Shown: positions 1-13,663, numbered from the stretch's first letter. The stretch is DNA of 64,000 nt from Octopus bimaculoides (GCF_001194135.2 NC_069004.1:22005415-22069414), one strand, 5' to 3'. The notes: generated by a model from the letters alone, not told the origin. Made by a program: numbers and translations.

Positions 1-432
1 GGGGTCAGGGGAGATTAGAGAAGCCTATTTGGATTTGAACACACCACTTATAAAGTGGAGAGTATAAATACTGATTTCTAACATCAGCATATGCCTAGAA
101 ATTTGTGTGGAGAATCTAGAGGTGATTAAATCAACCCTAGTATTTGACTGCTACTTTATTTAATGAATTCCTGGAAAGATGAAAGGCAAAGTCAACCTCA
201 TGAGGATTTGAACTCAGATCATAAAGGGTCATGACCAAATGCTGCAAGACAGGTATTTTGCTTGACACTCTATTGATTCTGCTACACAGTCCAGTAAATA
301 ATGATTTTGTTTTCAATGAGGTAGAAAGCTGATTCTGTTTTTATAAGGTACTAGACTAGCTATAGTCAAGTTAGATTACTGCAATACATTACTGGTACAT
401 ATTTTATTGCTTGTGGAGTGAATAGGATTTTT

Positions 433-473
<41 letters not shown>

Positions 474-481
474 AACCTTAC

Positions 482-622
482 ATATTGATTTCTTGTGATT
501 AGGCACTAGGGGTGTGTTATACCATACATCCACCAATGATGGTAAATTTTCATCATGATTTTGTTGTTTAAGTTTAATAACAATAATATGGTTGTAATGT
601 TTTTCAAATGCACAAACACACA
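482..622 (-). CDS. Candidate internal exon of an unidentified gene (141 nt, phase 1/1): CVCAFEKHYNHIIVIKLKQQNHDENLPSLVDVWYNTPLVPNHKKSI
   Basis: Acceptor ttttttttattttggtatccaAG, strong donor GTAAGG, open frame, length divisible by 3. Confidence 0.45.
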
Positions 623-803
623 CTTGGATACCAAAATAAAAAAAAAAGTTTAGGTTGGAATCACATTATGTATTGAAATAGTCAAAATTTAGGGTGGTTC
701 ATGTTTATACTAGAGTAGTAGGTTTAGCATCAAAACACACCCTCTGACAACTGCTAAATGCTACTAATTCATAGATACCTATCCTGTGATTTGTCATTTA
801 GAC

Positions 804-1129
804 CAGGGGTTCTCAACCATTTATGGACCCCTTTGATAAATATTTTATTCTGGTGGGCCCCCATAGCCATTTGCTATTTAAAAACTAGTTTAATAGAAAC
901 TTCTTTCTAAATTCTTATTTTGTTTTTCACCCATTAATTTGTGTAGGTTGAACTATGTAAAATGTTAGAGCAAGAAGCCTAGCTTGCAATACATACATCT
1001 AAAGCAAAATTTTTTCAGGGGCCCTTAAAATACTATTGTAGATCCCCAATTTACTATTTTGTTGTGTGGACCCCCAAAAATCTTATATGAATCTTCGGGG
1101 GCCATATGGACCCTGGCTGAGATCCACTG
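804..1129. mobile_element. hAT-type MITE
   Basis: TIR CAGGGGTTCTCAACC ... GGCTGAGATCCACTG; 8-bp TSD remnant ATTTAGAC/ATTTAAAA. Confidence 0.7.
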
Positions 1130-2009
1130 ATTTAAAAGAAGACAAATATAAAACACATACCCAAACAATTGATCAAAATCACAGTCTTTCATAATTTACT
1201 CAGTTTTCCATCACGTTCTGTACAGAACTTAGTAATTTAGATAAGGCAGTGTTGGTTACATTTCTTCGCCATGTTGTATCTCCCATCTCTTCTGTTTCTG
1301 TTTCCTTGCCACTTCTATGAACCTTTGCTCTCCTTAATCCTACTAAACACCAGTTATTGTCCCCTGTCACTTTCTCCCCCATCTCTCTGCTATCAATACC
1401 ACCAACCCTGCTCAGTCTCACTATGAAAGATACCAGGCACCCATCAAGCTACTACAGAGCAACATTAACTGTGGGTCGGAACCTGAAACCATGTGGTTGC
1501 AAATTGAGCTTCTTAACTGCCTAGCCATGCTGGTACCCTATGATAAAATATGATAAAATAAACAAAAAAATATGGTAAAATATTTATTCAATCCTCTCTA
1601 TGGCTATCCATGACCTAATGGCTTACAGGGACAGGGATCATACTCTTTCTTTTATGATTTTTCATTTAGAAGAGGTAGATAATATTAAAGACATAATCTT
1701 AACAATTTATCCAAATCACAGAATTTTGTTTTTATATTTTTCTCACTGTTCTCCATCAAATGCTGAGGGTGAGAAAAATTTGATTGGTTGTTTAATTGGA
1801 TTTAGGATCAATTTAATAGTTCAAACATTAAATGGTTGAAAATTTTGTAGTTGGATAAACAAAATAATTCAGAGATTCACAGCCATCTAATCAAGATAAA
1901 ATCATTAAAATTCTATGTCATGCTCTACTCATCCACCTTTTAACAATACTACAGGACCTATGATTTGTGCTATTGCTTACTCTTATATTTTATTTACTCA
2001 CATTCCTAA

Positions 2010-2127
2010 TGGGTGTGTGGGTGTGTGGGTGTGTGGGTGTGTGGGTATGTGGGTATGTGGGTGTGTGGGTGTGTGGGTGTGTGGGTGTGTGGGTGTGTGG
2101 GTGTGTGGGTATGTGGGTGTGTGGGTA
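2010..2127 (+). repeat. (GTGTGG)n hexanucleotide microsatellite
   Basis: About 19 near-perfect units; source of the VGVW/HTPT pseudo-ORFs. Confidence 0.95.
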
Positions 2128-3946
2128 TTTTGAAAATGCTTCACAGCATGATGATTGTGCTCTTCATAGTTACGGTTGCTTTTGGCAAGGTGCAGCCTCC
2201 ATTTAGCCACTCTGTCAGCGAGATGATGAAGTCATGGGACTGCAGCATGGTGGATTGTGAAGAAGTAGTGGAAGAACTCAACTGGTGCTTCTTAAATTGA
2301 TGCTGAGCAGAGGAATCCTAGAAAATCAATGGTCAGGATCACCAAGCTCTATAAAGAGAGTAACTGCAACACATCCATGCTTGTGTAATCAACTAATGAA
2401 AGATTCACTTTGACTCCAGCTCCCAATTCAAATTCATAATAATTCATAATTGGATGGTGACAGTCATGGGAATCCTTGAAAGCAGCACAACCAAGAAAAA
2501 GACATTTATACACATACATATATATGTATGTATGTGCATGTGTGTGTGTGTATGTGAGGGGATCTTGTCTTGAAGATACTTGGTGATCTCTCACCAGTGT
2601 GAGTTTCATGAAAAAACATCCAGTACACTGTGGAAATAGTTGGTATTTGGAGGGGCATCCAGCTGTAGAAACTCTGCCAAAGCAGATACTGGACCTTGAT
2701 GCAATTCTCTGACTTATCATGTCAAATCATTCCATCCATGTGAAATGAGTGCCAGAAGACAAAAAGACAGAGGAAGATGGTGAGACACCTTTATCAGCAT
2801 GGGGAAAAATGTAAAAATGATGATAATAATGATACATTGGGAACAGAAATTGTTCAAAACATGTAATAGAGTTCATCTTTAATTCAGTTGAAGTTGCTGA
2901 TTCACTACATTTCTCTACTCCAAGTTCCTTGCTTTTGGGTAGCATTCAACCAGGCAATAACCGATTTTGTCACCAGAATGAATGTTGAAAAATCAGAACA
3001 CGGAATAGTGACAGAATGGTACCGATGCCAAGCTGTACAGGGCCTTAATGCAACAGCTTGTGATTTGAAAAACATTGATGGCATGGAGAAGAGAAAACTT
3101 CTCCATGTATGGCAAACTGCTAATCTTTCACAAAAATAAAAGGAACCTTTTCCATGCCTGCATATACATGCCAACACATGGTCAAATCTGACTGATGCAG
3201 GCCTGATATATGTATGTGTGCTTATGCTTGTGTGTGTGTGTGTGTGTGTGTGTATCGAGTGAAGGTGCATGGCTTAGTGGTTAGGGTATTTGACTCTCAA
3301 TCGTAAGGTTGTGAGTTTGATTCCTGGCAGCGGATATGATAATTAGTGTATCAATTATGTTTTCATTGTTGTCCAATCTTGTAGCACTAGATACTTCAAA
3401 TTCTGTGTTTACCAAATCTGCTAATAATTTAGTATAATGATTCACTGCATTTATAAACATCAATTGTGTCAATTCTTTAAGGTCTTCCATTTTTTTCCTT
3501 TTGATATTGATAGCTGTTCGGAATACTTCATTTGCAGTGTATGCCTGGCTAGGTTGAATGTTCTGGTGTTATAGGCTGCTTTTTCCTTTCTGCAGTCTGA
3601 CAGGATGGCTATTATCAGGGATTGTATGATATGCAGTGGATATGATGTAGCCATCTTTATATTGAAAATCAAATATTAATTTTCTTGCATTACTAAATTT
3701 AGTAGTTGATGAAATGCATAATTTCAGGACATCAAAATCAAGAAAATTGCAGTTTCATTTCTACAAATGGAAAGAACTATTTGTCTCTGCAATGCTTGGA
3801 ATCTTCTGTGGAACCCACAATTTACACTTCAGTGTAAAAGAGTGTGAATTAAGCTCTACCTTCTTTGGCATGGATGAAGATGAGGTTTCAAATAGTCCTT
3901 TAAGATGAAAAATGCAATTTAAAAAAATTCTTCTATTAAATGCGTC

Positions 3947-3991
<45 letters not shown>

Positions 3992-4329
3992 CGTACACAT
4001 ATATACACATATATATACATACACTCAGTTAAATTTGTTCCAAGCTGACAAGGGAGCTTCTATGCAGTCATTCTAACTGTTAGAAATAGCAGCCAAATTT
4101 CTACCAAAACATCACCTTACTATCTTAAAAATGTGGGACAAGAAAACTGAATAAGATGCTGAAAATTTGACACACAAAAATTATTATAAATCTGCTTTTA
4201 TAGGGTTTACTTGTTGAGCCTACAGAATAAACACAATAATAAATCCTATTTGTAATCATCCAGCTTTGATAAGGTTTGTGTTATGATGGAAATATTGAAA
4301 ATTCTTTATACATAAATTATTGTAGGTCT

Positions 4330-4710
4330 GCTCCATCAAAAGTTAGATGTGTTCCACCAAAGAGGCTTGGCAGGGTTTTTAAGAACATACTGGCAAAACC
4401 ACACAACTAATGAAGACATTTTGAAAAGAGCAAACAGAAGACCATTAAATGAAATCAACAGAGAATGTAGGTTAAAACTATCAGGTCAAATACTCCAGCT
4501 ACCAGTAAAATGCCATTCTAAAACAGCTTTTGAATGGACATCACCAGAGAGAAAAAGAACAAGATTGAAAATTACATGGTGCAGAACATTCATAACCGAC
4601 ATGAAAGAGAACAATATCAGATGACTGGATGGAGAGAAAACTGTAGCCAAGAGAAACCAGTGGCATCAGCTTGCTGCTGAATGTGCTTGAGAGCAGAAGA
4701 GGAACTGAAA
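4330..4710 (+). mobile_element. RTE-clade LINE 3' fragment (degenerate)
   Basis: KLDVFHQR.L..FLRTYWQNHTTNEDILKRAN...RLKLSGQIL...AFEWT...KRTR.KITW, typical of the RTE C-terminus. Confidence 0.75.
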
Positions 4711-4944
4711 CTGATCAGAACTAACATAGAGTTGCATCAACAACAACAGCAACAGCAACAATTATGAGGACCATACTGCTTTGATAAAATCTGTTTGCAT
4801 AATGTAAAGATGAAAATTCAACACTTAGAAATATTTATAGGTTTTCTCAGTCAAAAATGATGACCCACAGTTGATGTTGTTGTGTAGCAGCAGTATCAAC
4901 AAGAACAATCAAATTTGTTTGGTGTATTAATAGCACAAGCATAG

Positions 4945-5360
4945 CTGTATGGTTAAGAAATTTGTTTCCCAACCACATGGTTTTGGGTTCATTGTGTGGC
5001 ACTTTGGACAGGTGTCTTCTCCTATAGCCTTAGGCTGACTAAAGCTTTACTAGTGGATTTGGTGGATGGAAACTGAGAGAAGCCTATTGTACATGTGTGT
5101 GTGTGTAAGTGTGTGTATTATTGTCTCCTTGCCTTGATTTCATGTGATAGTTGTAAGCAAGTGTCACTATCATGTAAGCACTGTCCTTCATTACCAATCT
5201 TCCAAGACATGGCTGGTCACAAGAAAATATTACCTTGCCTGGAAACAGGCAAGGGTTGACAACATGAAGGGTTTGCAGTTGTACAAAATCTGCCTCAACA
5301 AATTCTGTCTGACCCATGTGAGTATGGAAAAGTGGATGTTAAAGTGATGATGATGATGAT
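4945..5360 (+). mobile_element. tRNA-headed SINE with (ATG)n tail
   Basis: Head GCTGTATGGTTAAG...GGTTC, CA/TG tract, body ending CATG..AAAAGTGGATGTTAAA-(TGA)n. Similar copy 62868-63280; tail-type copies 2545-2835, 30885-31092(+), 46398-46680(-), 47328-47490(-), 51330-51476(+). Confidence 0.8.
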
Positions 5361-6990
5361 CTGGTTTTTGAAAATGTCTGTTAGTGTATGTTTACAATAA
5401 AGATGCATAGCATGAATTGCTTTAACTTAATGCCAATGAGTCACATTTAGGATACTTAAATCAGTTTGCATTGTATAAAGATGAGAAAATCTTCTCTCCA
5501 GCCCTTCTCTGGATAAGGTGCTAGTCTATATCACAGATACTTTCCCCAGATTTATACACTAATAATCTTGTTGGTTACAGAAAACCACTGTGTTACCATA
5601 TGAGACTTATTTACAGATGGAGGACTGAGCCTTATCAAAGACAAAACTGAACAAAAACATAGCCTTTGCTGGCTATTGTTGTTTAACCTCAACTTTGATT
5701 GATCATGCCTATGATCAAAGACATCTCAACTGTGCCCATCACATCTTGCTTCCTGGCATAGTTTATTTAGGACTAAATTATCCAATATGACTTTCCTTTT
5801 AACATAATAAGATCCACTGATGAACATACTTATAAAATCAAAACATAGTGCAGCATCCATAACTTTCAAAAACATTTCTTCATACTCAGAATTGTTAAAG
5901 CAATGAAGTAAACAACTAATATTGGTTGTTAGCTATCAGGATATTGTATCCTTCAAAGAATTCCATGTTTCCCAAAATTTGCAAACACTACACCTGTTGT
6001 GCCTATGCACCATTTTTTCATTACGGCTCTTTTACTATTCATTTTTCTGTCTTTTAGCGTTTCATCCTGTGTACTATGCATGCATTTTTCATTGCTAACT
6101 TTCTTGACTCTTTTTCTGAGAAGTCATAAGTGCACCTGAACATTGTATGCAATACGCTGGTTATTATATTATCACATAGGGATACAGTCCAGCAAATAAC
6201 ACTACAATGGTCTGAAGATATTACCAGGATGACATTCTCACATTTGCTTAACCATCTTTCTTATTCATATTTTTCCATGGTGCACCTAATTCTTTTAAAT
6301 GCAAGAAACACTGGATGAATTTCGCAAACAATGGTTGGAGGAGAAAGAGAAGGAAGAGGAGGTTATGATGATATATTAAAAAAAAAAAATAATTGATTAA
6401 AATTCAAAACAGTTTTTTCCTGTCCAAATTTAACAACATTAATTATATAAAAACTAAATGACTCTGACTAATGATTAAAAAGTTAAAACTCCAAATCCTA
6501 TTACAGTACTATGCTTTTTCCAAGGAGAAAATTCCTTAATTACTGTAGGTATAAGCTCAGTTCACTAGGCTGTAAACAGGAACCATGAAGTAGTAGACAC
6601 AGCTGCAACTAGGGAAAGTCAGCAACACTGAATAAATAGATTCAGCATTGAATAAATACAGACTGCAGTGAATAGATAAAGGCAACATTGAATAAATGAG
6701 TGTTTCATTGGCTTATGAACACATAGTTTAATTGTTCTGTGAACTGACAGAAGCCAGAGGGTAACTGCACAGATATATTCTTCTTCTGAACTCCTAATTG
6801 GAGACCAAGTCATTAACAATGTTTGCAGTAGTTTTACAGGACTGTTAAAAAATGTTATATTAAAAGGCAGAATTTCATAATATCTTTCAAAAATTCTTCA
6901 AAAGCATGAGCTTGCAGAGGTTTCAATAAAAATGCCACCAGATTCTGACCACATACACACGCATGCACGCAAGCATGCATGCATGCACAC

Positions 6991-7030
<40 letters not shown>

Positions 7031-9399
7031 GCACACATACACACACAAGAAACAAATTGGGAAACATGTTTGGGTTTTTTTTTAAAATCTCCCTTAATAT
7101 TGGAATTATCTTCTATCTTCCTCTGTTTCCATTTCAAAGCAAATATCACAGCCAAATTAAATAATATTGAAAAATAATTAATACCCAAATTTTGATATAT
7201 GAATATTTAGTATATGATACATGTACACACACATACACACACACACACACACACACATGCGCACACACACACACACATGTACACACACACACACACATGC
7301 GCATGCATGCAAGCATACACACACATATATAATATATATTTAATGTTTGATGTATCGAATGTGTCTATCCGTATAATTGCCTCTGTGTGCATATGTGTGT
7401 TTATAGAAATAGAACATATATGTATATATAAGCATAAAATGAACAAATCATTTATACACAAACAATTTGAAACACCAATAAGAAATATTAGACATCATTA
7501 CTTATATTTCATATATGATGTTTATGTATGTGTGTGTGGATATAATGTACATATATATAAATATATACATATGCATTTACACACATACACTCATGAACAC
7601 AAGTGTGCATGTATTGAAGTATATGTACACATGTGCACATAGATATGTATACACATTTTTATACACACTTAGTAGCAATATAAATACACATTCTATTATT
7701 CTACCATTGGTTTCAGCCAGAGGCTGTGGCCATGCTGGGGCACTGCCATTCTGCTTTACATAGACATATGTGCGTGAATGTGTGTATGTGTGTGTGTGTG
7801 TGTGTTTGTGTACATAAATCAGACATAAAACAAATATACACATGCATACACATACACACACATCCACCACAGCGAATATATATATTCATACATGTTTTCA
7901 TAAAACTGTGTGTGTACATGCATGTGGTAAAATATATATGTGTATGTATATTGTCACAACCATGGTTATTAATACAGAAATATACTAAGAGGCTATTTTG
8001 AAGAGATAGCAGAAAATTGAATTGTGTCTTAATAGCAATAGATCATAGATACATGCTTCATGTACTTTTGATCATCCCTCAAAGACATACAGAACTTTTT
8101 GATCAAAACTAAAATACTAATTAAAAAACTCAAAATGTTTTGCTATAAAAGCAACGTACAGTTATTCAAGGGAGTAGGACAATAACCAATGAGAATTAAT
8201 TAAAATTACTATTAATTAACTGGAGTATAATTATTAAAGAGGCGGCATGTGAAACCTAGGGTATGTGGGTATTTGAAAATACCTCATAGAGTGATGACTG
8301 TGCCTTGCACAGTTACAGGCTGCCCTTTAGCAAAGCATAGTTCCCATTCAGCCACCCTGCGAGGGATACAGGGAAGTCATGGGACTGCAGCATGGCAGAT
8401 TGTGAAGAGGTAGCAGAAAAGCTCCACTGAGCCAATGGTGCTTCTTACGTTGATGTTGAGCAGAAGAATCCTAAAAGATCATCAGTTAAGATCACTTAGC
8501 TCTATCATAGTGACAGAGAGTCATGGGAATGTATGAAAGCAGAGACGGAAAAAAATACGATAACCGATAATGATCAATTGAAGGGGTGGGAAAGGATGTG
8601 TTGAATATGAGAATGTGATTTGCATACATAATAATTCTTTCTATTATAGGTACAAGGCCTGAAATGTTGGGGGAGGAGGATAGTTAATTACATGAACTTT
8701 AGTGATCAACTGGTACTTAGTTTAACAACCCTGAAAGAATTAAAGACAAAGTCAACCTCAGCAAAACTTTAATTCAGAATGTAAAGCCAAGAGAAACACT
8801 GCCAAGCATTTTGTCTGAATGTTAATGATTCTGCCAGTTTGTCACCTTGATTTACATATGTAACAATGTGAAAGACTCTCCATGCTAGGTGGAAAACTGG
8901 GACAATTAATTGATGATGGAAGATATACCTTGATGTGTTAAATGAAAGAGAACTTAAGACGAAATGGTTAAACCCAGTTTTAAGAATTATGGAACTGCAC
9001 AGATAAGAATCAAGACAAATAGAAAATGCTACGTAGCAGATCTGTTTTGATGTCCATGATTTTCATAGAAAGAAGATATTATTTTTCTATTTCCATATAC
9101 CGACATTCCCCCATCCTTTTTTTCCTGATGTTAACTAATTTATCACAGAACACACTTTATTATCTTTATTTTGTAGCTGTAAAACTAAATATGTGTTACC
9201 TGTTTCAATTTGCATCTAAGATCAAGCTATTCTTTTGAAAACCTTGAACAATTAAGTCATCATATCTCAATGGGGTTTGTTTAAGAGATAAATGTACAAT
9301 ATGGTTTATTAATACTGATCTTCAACATATATATATATATATATATATTTTTATATATAACGTTGACCACTAACGTGGACATTCAATGTGCTAGAAATA

Positions 9400-9780
9400 G
9401 ATCACATCTTGTGTCTATTAAGACCTAAATTGTTCTCAACATGAAATATAGCGGAATACCAAAACGTAACCGGGCAAGACATTTAAAATCACCAAAAAAA
9501 ATCATTATTAAACAGGGTTTCAAAATTAACAATCTTACCGACTGTCTATTTCTCCTCAGCCTGATTTGTAATGTAACCATAATCCTCAGAACCCTATACA
9601 AAGTTGCCCACCGCCATAGGTGCGCGTGTTTATGGTTCTGCTAATTACAGCTTAATGGTAAAATTCAAAAGTCTTCGTTTTGGCATGCTAATTCCAGGAA
9701 TATGTCTGCAGAAAATATTTACTGCATCGCATATATCCAGTATGAGAACTCGGTAATGGTTAATATATTAAAAAATAGGG
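9400..9780 (-). promoter_or_regulatory. CpG-enriched unique segment with a strong splice donor; possible promoter/first exon of a minus-strand gene
   Basis: About 10 CpG in 340 bp against a CpG-poor background; donor TCG|GTAAGA with last exon base at 9539. Confidence 0.3.
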
Positions 9781-9827
9781 TAAAAAATCATATATTAATT
9801 AATATCGATTATATATATATATATATA

Positions 9828-10154
9828 TATATTGTCTGAATTTTATAGTGTTAATTATCCATCACGGCTGGTCTTACCAATCGGTTTTGTGTAAAATTAC
9901 AGAATGGAGTGTTAGGCAAGAAACCCGTTATATAATGTGCACTCGTCAGAGATAGCTGACATATAAGGGAAAATCGTGACGGCTCTCCACTGTGGAGAGC
10001 AGTCACCATTTCCCCTTCCATGTTGGCTATCTCTGATGAGTGTACATTATATAACTGGTTTCTTGCCTAACACTCCATTATGTAATTTCACGCGAAACTG
10101 ATTGGTAAGACCAGCTGTGATGGATAATTAACACTATAAAATTCAGACAATATA
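9828..10154. mobile_element. 327-bp fold-back palindrome (MITE-like) at a (TA)n tract
   Basis: Arms pair around a 1-nt centre at 9991 (GCTCTCCAC-T-GTGGAGAGC) with no net indel. Confidence 0.9.
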
Positions 10155-12139
10155 CTCACTCTACTAACATCTTCTCCCAGATGACTCAAGCAGCGGTACA
10201 TATATATGTATGTATGTTTTTANNNNNNNNNNNNNNNNNNNNNNNNNNNNNNNNNNNNNNNNNNNNNNNNNNNNNNNNNNNNNNNNNNNNNNNNNNNNNN
10301 NNNNNNNNNNNNNNNNNNNNNNNNNNNNNNNNNNNNNNNNNNNNNNNNNNNNNNNNNNNNNNNNNNNNNNNNNNNNNNNNNNNNNNNNNNNNNNNNNNNN
10401 NNNNNNNNNNNNNNNNNNNNNNNNNNNNNNNNNNNNNNNNNNNNNNNNNNNNNNNNNNNNNNNNNNNNNNNNNNNNNNNNNNNNNNNNNNNNNNNNNNNN
10501 NNNNNNNNNNNNNNNNNNNNNNNNNNNNNNNNNNNNNNNNNNNNNNNNNNNNNNNNNNNNNNNNNNNNNNNNNNNNNNNNNNNNNNNNNNNNNNNNNNNN
10601 NNNNNNNNNNNNNNNNNNNNNNNNNNNNNNNNNNNNNNNNNNNNNNNNNNNNNNNNNNNNNNNATATATAAATTAAAAAGACTAAAAATAAAAACAATAA
10701 ATAATTTTAATTTCAAGTAATATAAAATGTATAATCAAACAGATGTTAATTTTGTTCCCGATTTTATAGATGTGTGTATGTTGTAAGTAATTAGGAGAGA
10801 ACTTTAACGGGCTTTTTAATAGTTTTGATCGGTGTGTTAATAAAGTTATCTTCCTGAATATGTGAATGCCAGGACAATTGCTATTTTACCAGGGACAATA
10901 CACGTGCATGTGCACACAAACCTACACACCTACATATGTGTATATATAATATATGTAGTTCACATCATTAGACTACATACACACACACACATATAAGCTT
11001 GGATTTCCAGAAAAAGAAATCAACTAATTGACTTGCACATTACAAATACAATCTATAAGTGGACCAGTAAAACTATGCAAGACTTTTCTTTGTTTTCATT
11101 ATCTATATTCCAACGGTGGAGCTTTGTATCTTTGTTAGAAACCGGCTCCTTCTTCAAAGGAAGAATTTAAATAATTAAACACAGAAAAGAACATACATAC
11201 AGACAGACAAACTGACAGACAGACAGATAGATAGACAGGCAGGTAGGGAGATAGGTACGTCAATAGATGTGTGTGTGCAGTTAGCGAGAACAGCAAGAGA
11301 AATAATGATGATGATGATGATGAAGATGACGATGGTGACAGGAAACAAAAACCCAACCATCAACAGAAAACTGTGTAACAGAAGTAATGTTACCAGAAGA
11401 TAAGAAAACTATGAAGACTTAGGACCAGTGTTGATGTTGTATATAATGATGATGATGATGATGGTAGTGGTGTTGATGGGGGTGATCATTTGGATGGAAG
11501 TTTGCTGTTGGTGTGGCTGGCAATGGTAACATTAGTGGTGATAATGTTGTTGATGCAGCAATTAGAACTGGTTTAAAATGAATATAGGCAGGTTTATAGG
11601 AGCAGAAGGAGGAGGAGAAAGGGGAGGAGGCAGTGGATAAATAAGAGTGTGTGACATTAATACTTTCTTTCAGAAGGACATTATGGAGATAATCTTCATG
11701 CATACCATGCATATACTTGTGTGTGTGTATATACATACGAATGAATGTATATATATATATAAAAAAACCATGCCAAAGGAGACAATAGAACTTGGTGCAG
11801 TTCTTTCACAGCTCCTATCAAACCGTCCAAACCATGCTGATGATACATATATATATGCACAAGTTTACACATACATACATGCACACACGTACACACACCA
11901 TAAACAAAACTATCTGGCCATCAACTGATTTTTAATCTGTGCATCTTCCCCAAGTTTACTAATCAATTATACTGAACCACAGTATTTTACCGGTATTTTA
12001 CTTTATTGACATTAGACTCAACTAAACACAAATTTTCAAATCTAATTTTCTTCTCAGGACCAAAATTTATAAATATTTCTTAACCTTTAACTTTTATGTC
12101 AAAACATCTTTGATTTGCACCCAACAATTATTACCTTTA

Positions 12140-12450
12140 CAGGTGAAGGTACACGGCTTAGTGGTTAGGCTATTTGGCTCATGATCATAAGGTCATGAAT
12201 TTAATACTGAGCAGTGCATTGTGTCCTTGAGCAAGACACTTTATTTCATGATACTCCAGTCCGTTCAGTTGGCAAAACTGAGTTGTACCTGTAATTCAAA
12301 GTTGTACCTGTAATTCAAAGTCCAGTCATGTCACATGCTGTGTTATGCTGAATCTTCTATGTTAAGGGCACATGTGTCGGTGGAGTGCTCAGTCACTTGC
12401 ACAATAGTTTCATGTTAATTTCAGGTTGTTCTGTTGATTAACAGATGTTT
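12140..12450 (+). mobile_element. tRNA-derived SINE, family with head GGTGAAGG..GGCTTAGTGGTTAGG
   Basis: A-box/B-box-like head. Other copies 3258-3330(+), 20520-20740(-), 35070-35310(-), 35630-35960(-), 38765-39085(-), 40623-40875(-), 61720-61830(-). Confidence 0.8.
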
Positions 12451-13365
12451 TACTGGCCATTATACACACAGCTTCAGATAAACTTTCAAATCTTATATAT
12501 TTATATTTTAATACAAACATATATGTAAACATTCATTAGGTATATATGTATATATGTGCATGCATGTGTGTGTGTGTGAGCATGCATGTGTGTGCAATTG
12601 TACATAGCCACATAGACATACATGCATTACATGCACACATACATACATACCTTGCATACATGCATGCATGCATCCATCCATCCATCCATCCATCCATCCA
12701 TACATACATACATACATACATACATACATAGATGATGCTCATTGGTACACTCGCTTTACAAGTTCAATTCTAAGATCTGCTGTAAATTCCATTGAACAAA
12801 TACAGCCCAAAAGGTTTTCACAAAGATTTACAGACAACTGGTCTTAAGGAGTTAGAGGGGGCATGGCAGAAGAGGAAACTAGCAACACTTATGTCTGAAG
12901 TGGCTTATGAGACTGGAAACAGGGGAAGCATGTCCCTTTGACATACTTATGATGGCAAATGATATGAATCCATCCTGAGAATGTTTTTTGATTGCAAGAT
13001 GGGGATGATATTGACAGAGGGTGTGGTATGGTAAAGTTAGAACCCTTTTTATATGTATATAATGTCCTAGTTATGAATGAATGAGAATTTTCTCAATGGT
13101 ACCATCAATTCTGTTCCACCGGTCACTACAGGCAGTTTTTAGAATATACCAAATTTTTTCAGGTCATATTTCATAAGGTGTTTGTAGTTCATTAATTGAA
13201 TTTATTAAAAAAACATTTTCGTTACATTTTTATTTTTCAGTTATGTAGATTTGTATTCTTTCCATTTCTATCTCATTGTTATCATCATCATGCTTAAGCA
13301 TCCGCATAATCAGATACTGGTGCTCCGTGACCAGCCCATAGCACACACACACAATATGCATACAA

Positions 13366-13416
<51 letters not shown>

Positions 13417-13663
13417 GACACATATATATACACACACATACATGTTTTTAACTATGTACAAAATATGAGAACAAACTGCTTTAGTTTCTGATGTTTTTTT
13501 CTTATTTCCTAAACCTTGACTTCGAATTTTTAATATTTGGTAAGATGGACATACACATTGAGACCAGTAATATTTTATAAAAGTCACTTAAATGTAACAA
13601 ATATAAAAAATACTTATCCTGTCCAATCAAAGGAAAAAATGTAAAAAAAGAATCTATAAACAT

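Noticed and set aside
1200-1421. 73-aa minus ORF and a possible 18-nt microexon RDGKL
   Set aside because: The stop coincides with the donor in the long frame; poor acceptor; no homology recognised
6306-6361. Plus-strand exon-like ETLDEFRKQWLEEKEKEEE, possibly joined to 11139-11174 KPAPSSKEEFK*
   Set aside because: Weak donor (GTTATG) and acceptor; the purine run is equally explained as a minus-strand polypyrimidine tract; no recognisable homology
6855-8001. HT, VC, YI, ER and SL-rich ORFs here and throughout
   Set aside because: Microsatellite artefacts (CA, TA, GA repeats)
11300-11650. His/Asp-rich ORF (HHHHHHY)
   Set aside because: (GAT)n and (GGT)n simple repeats without credible splice context
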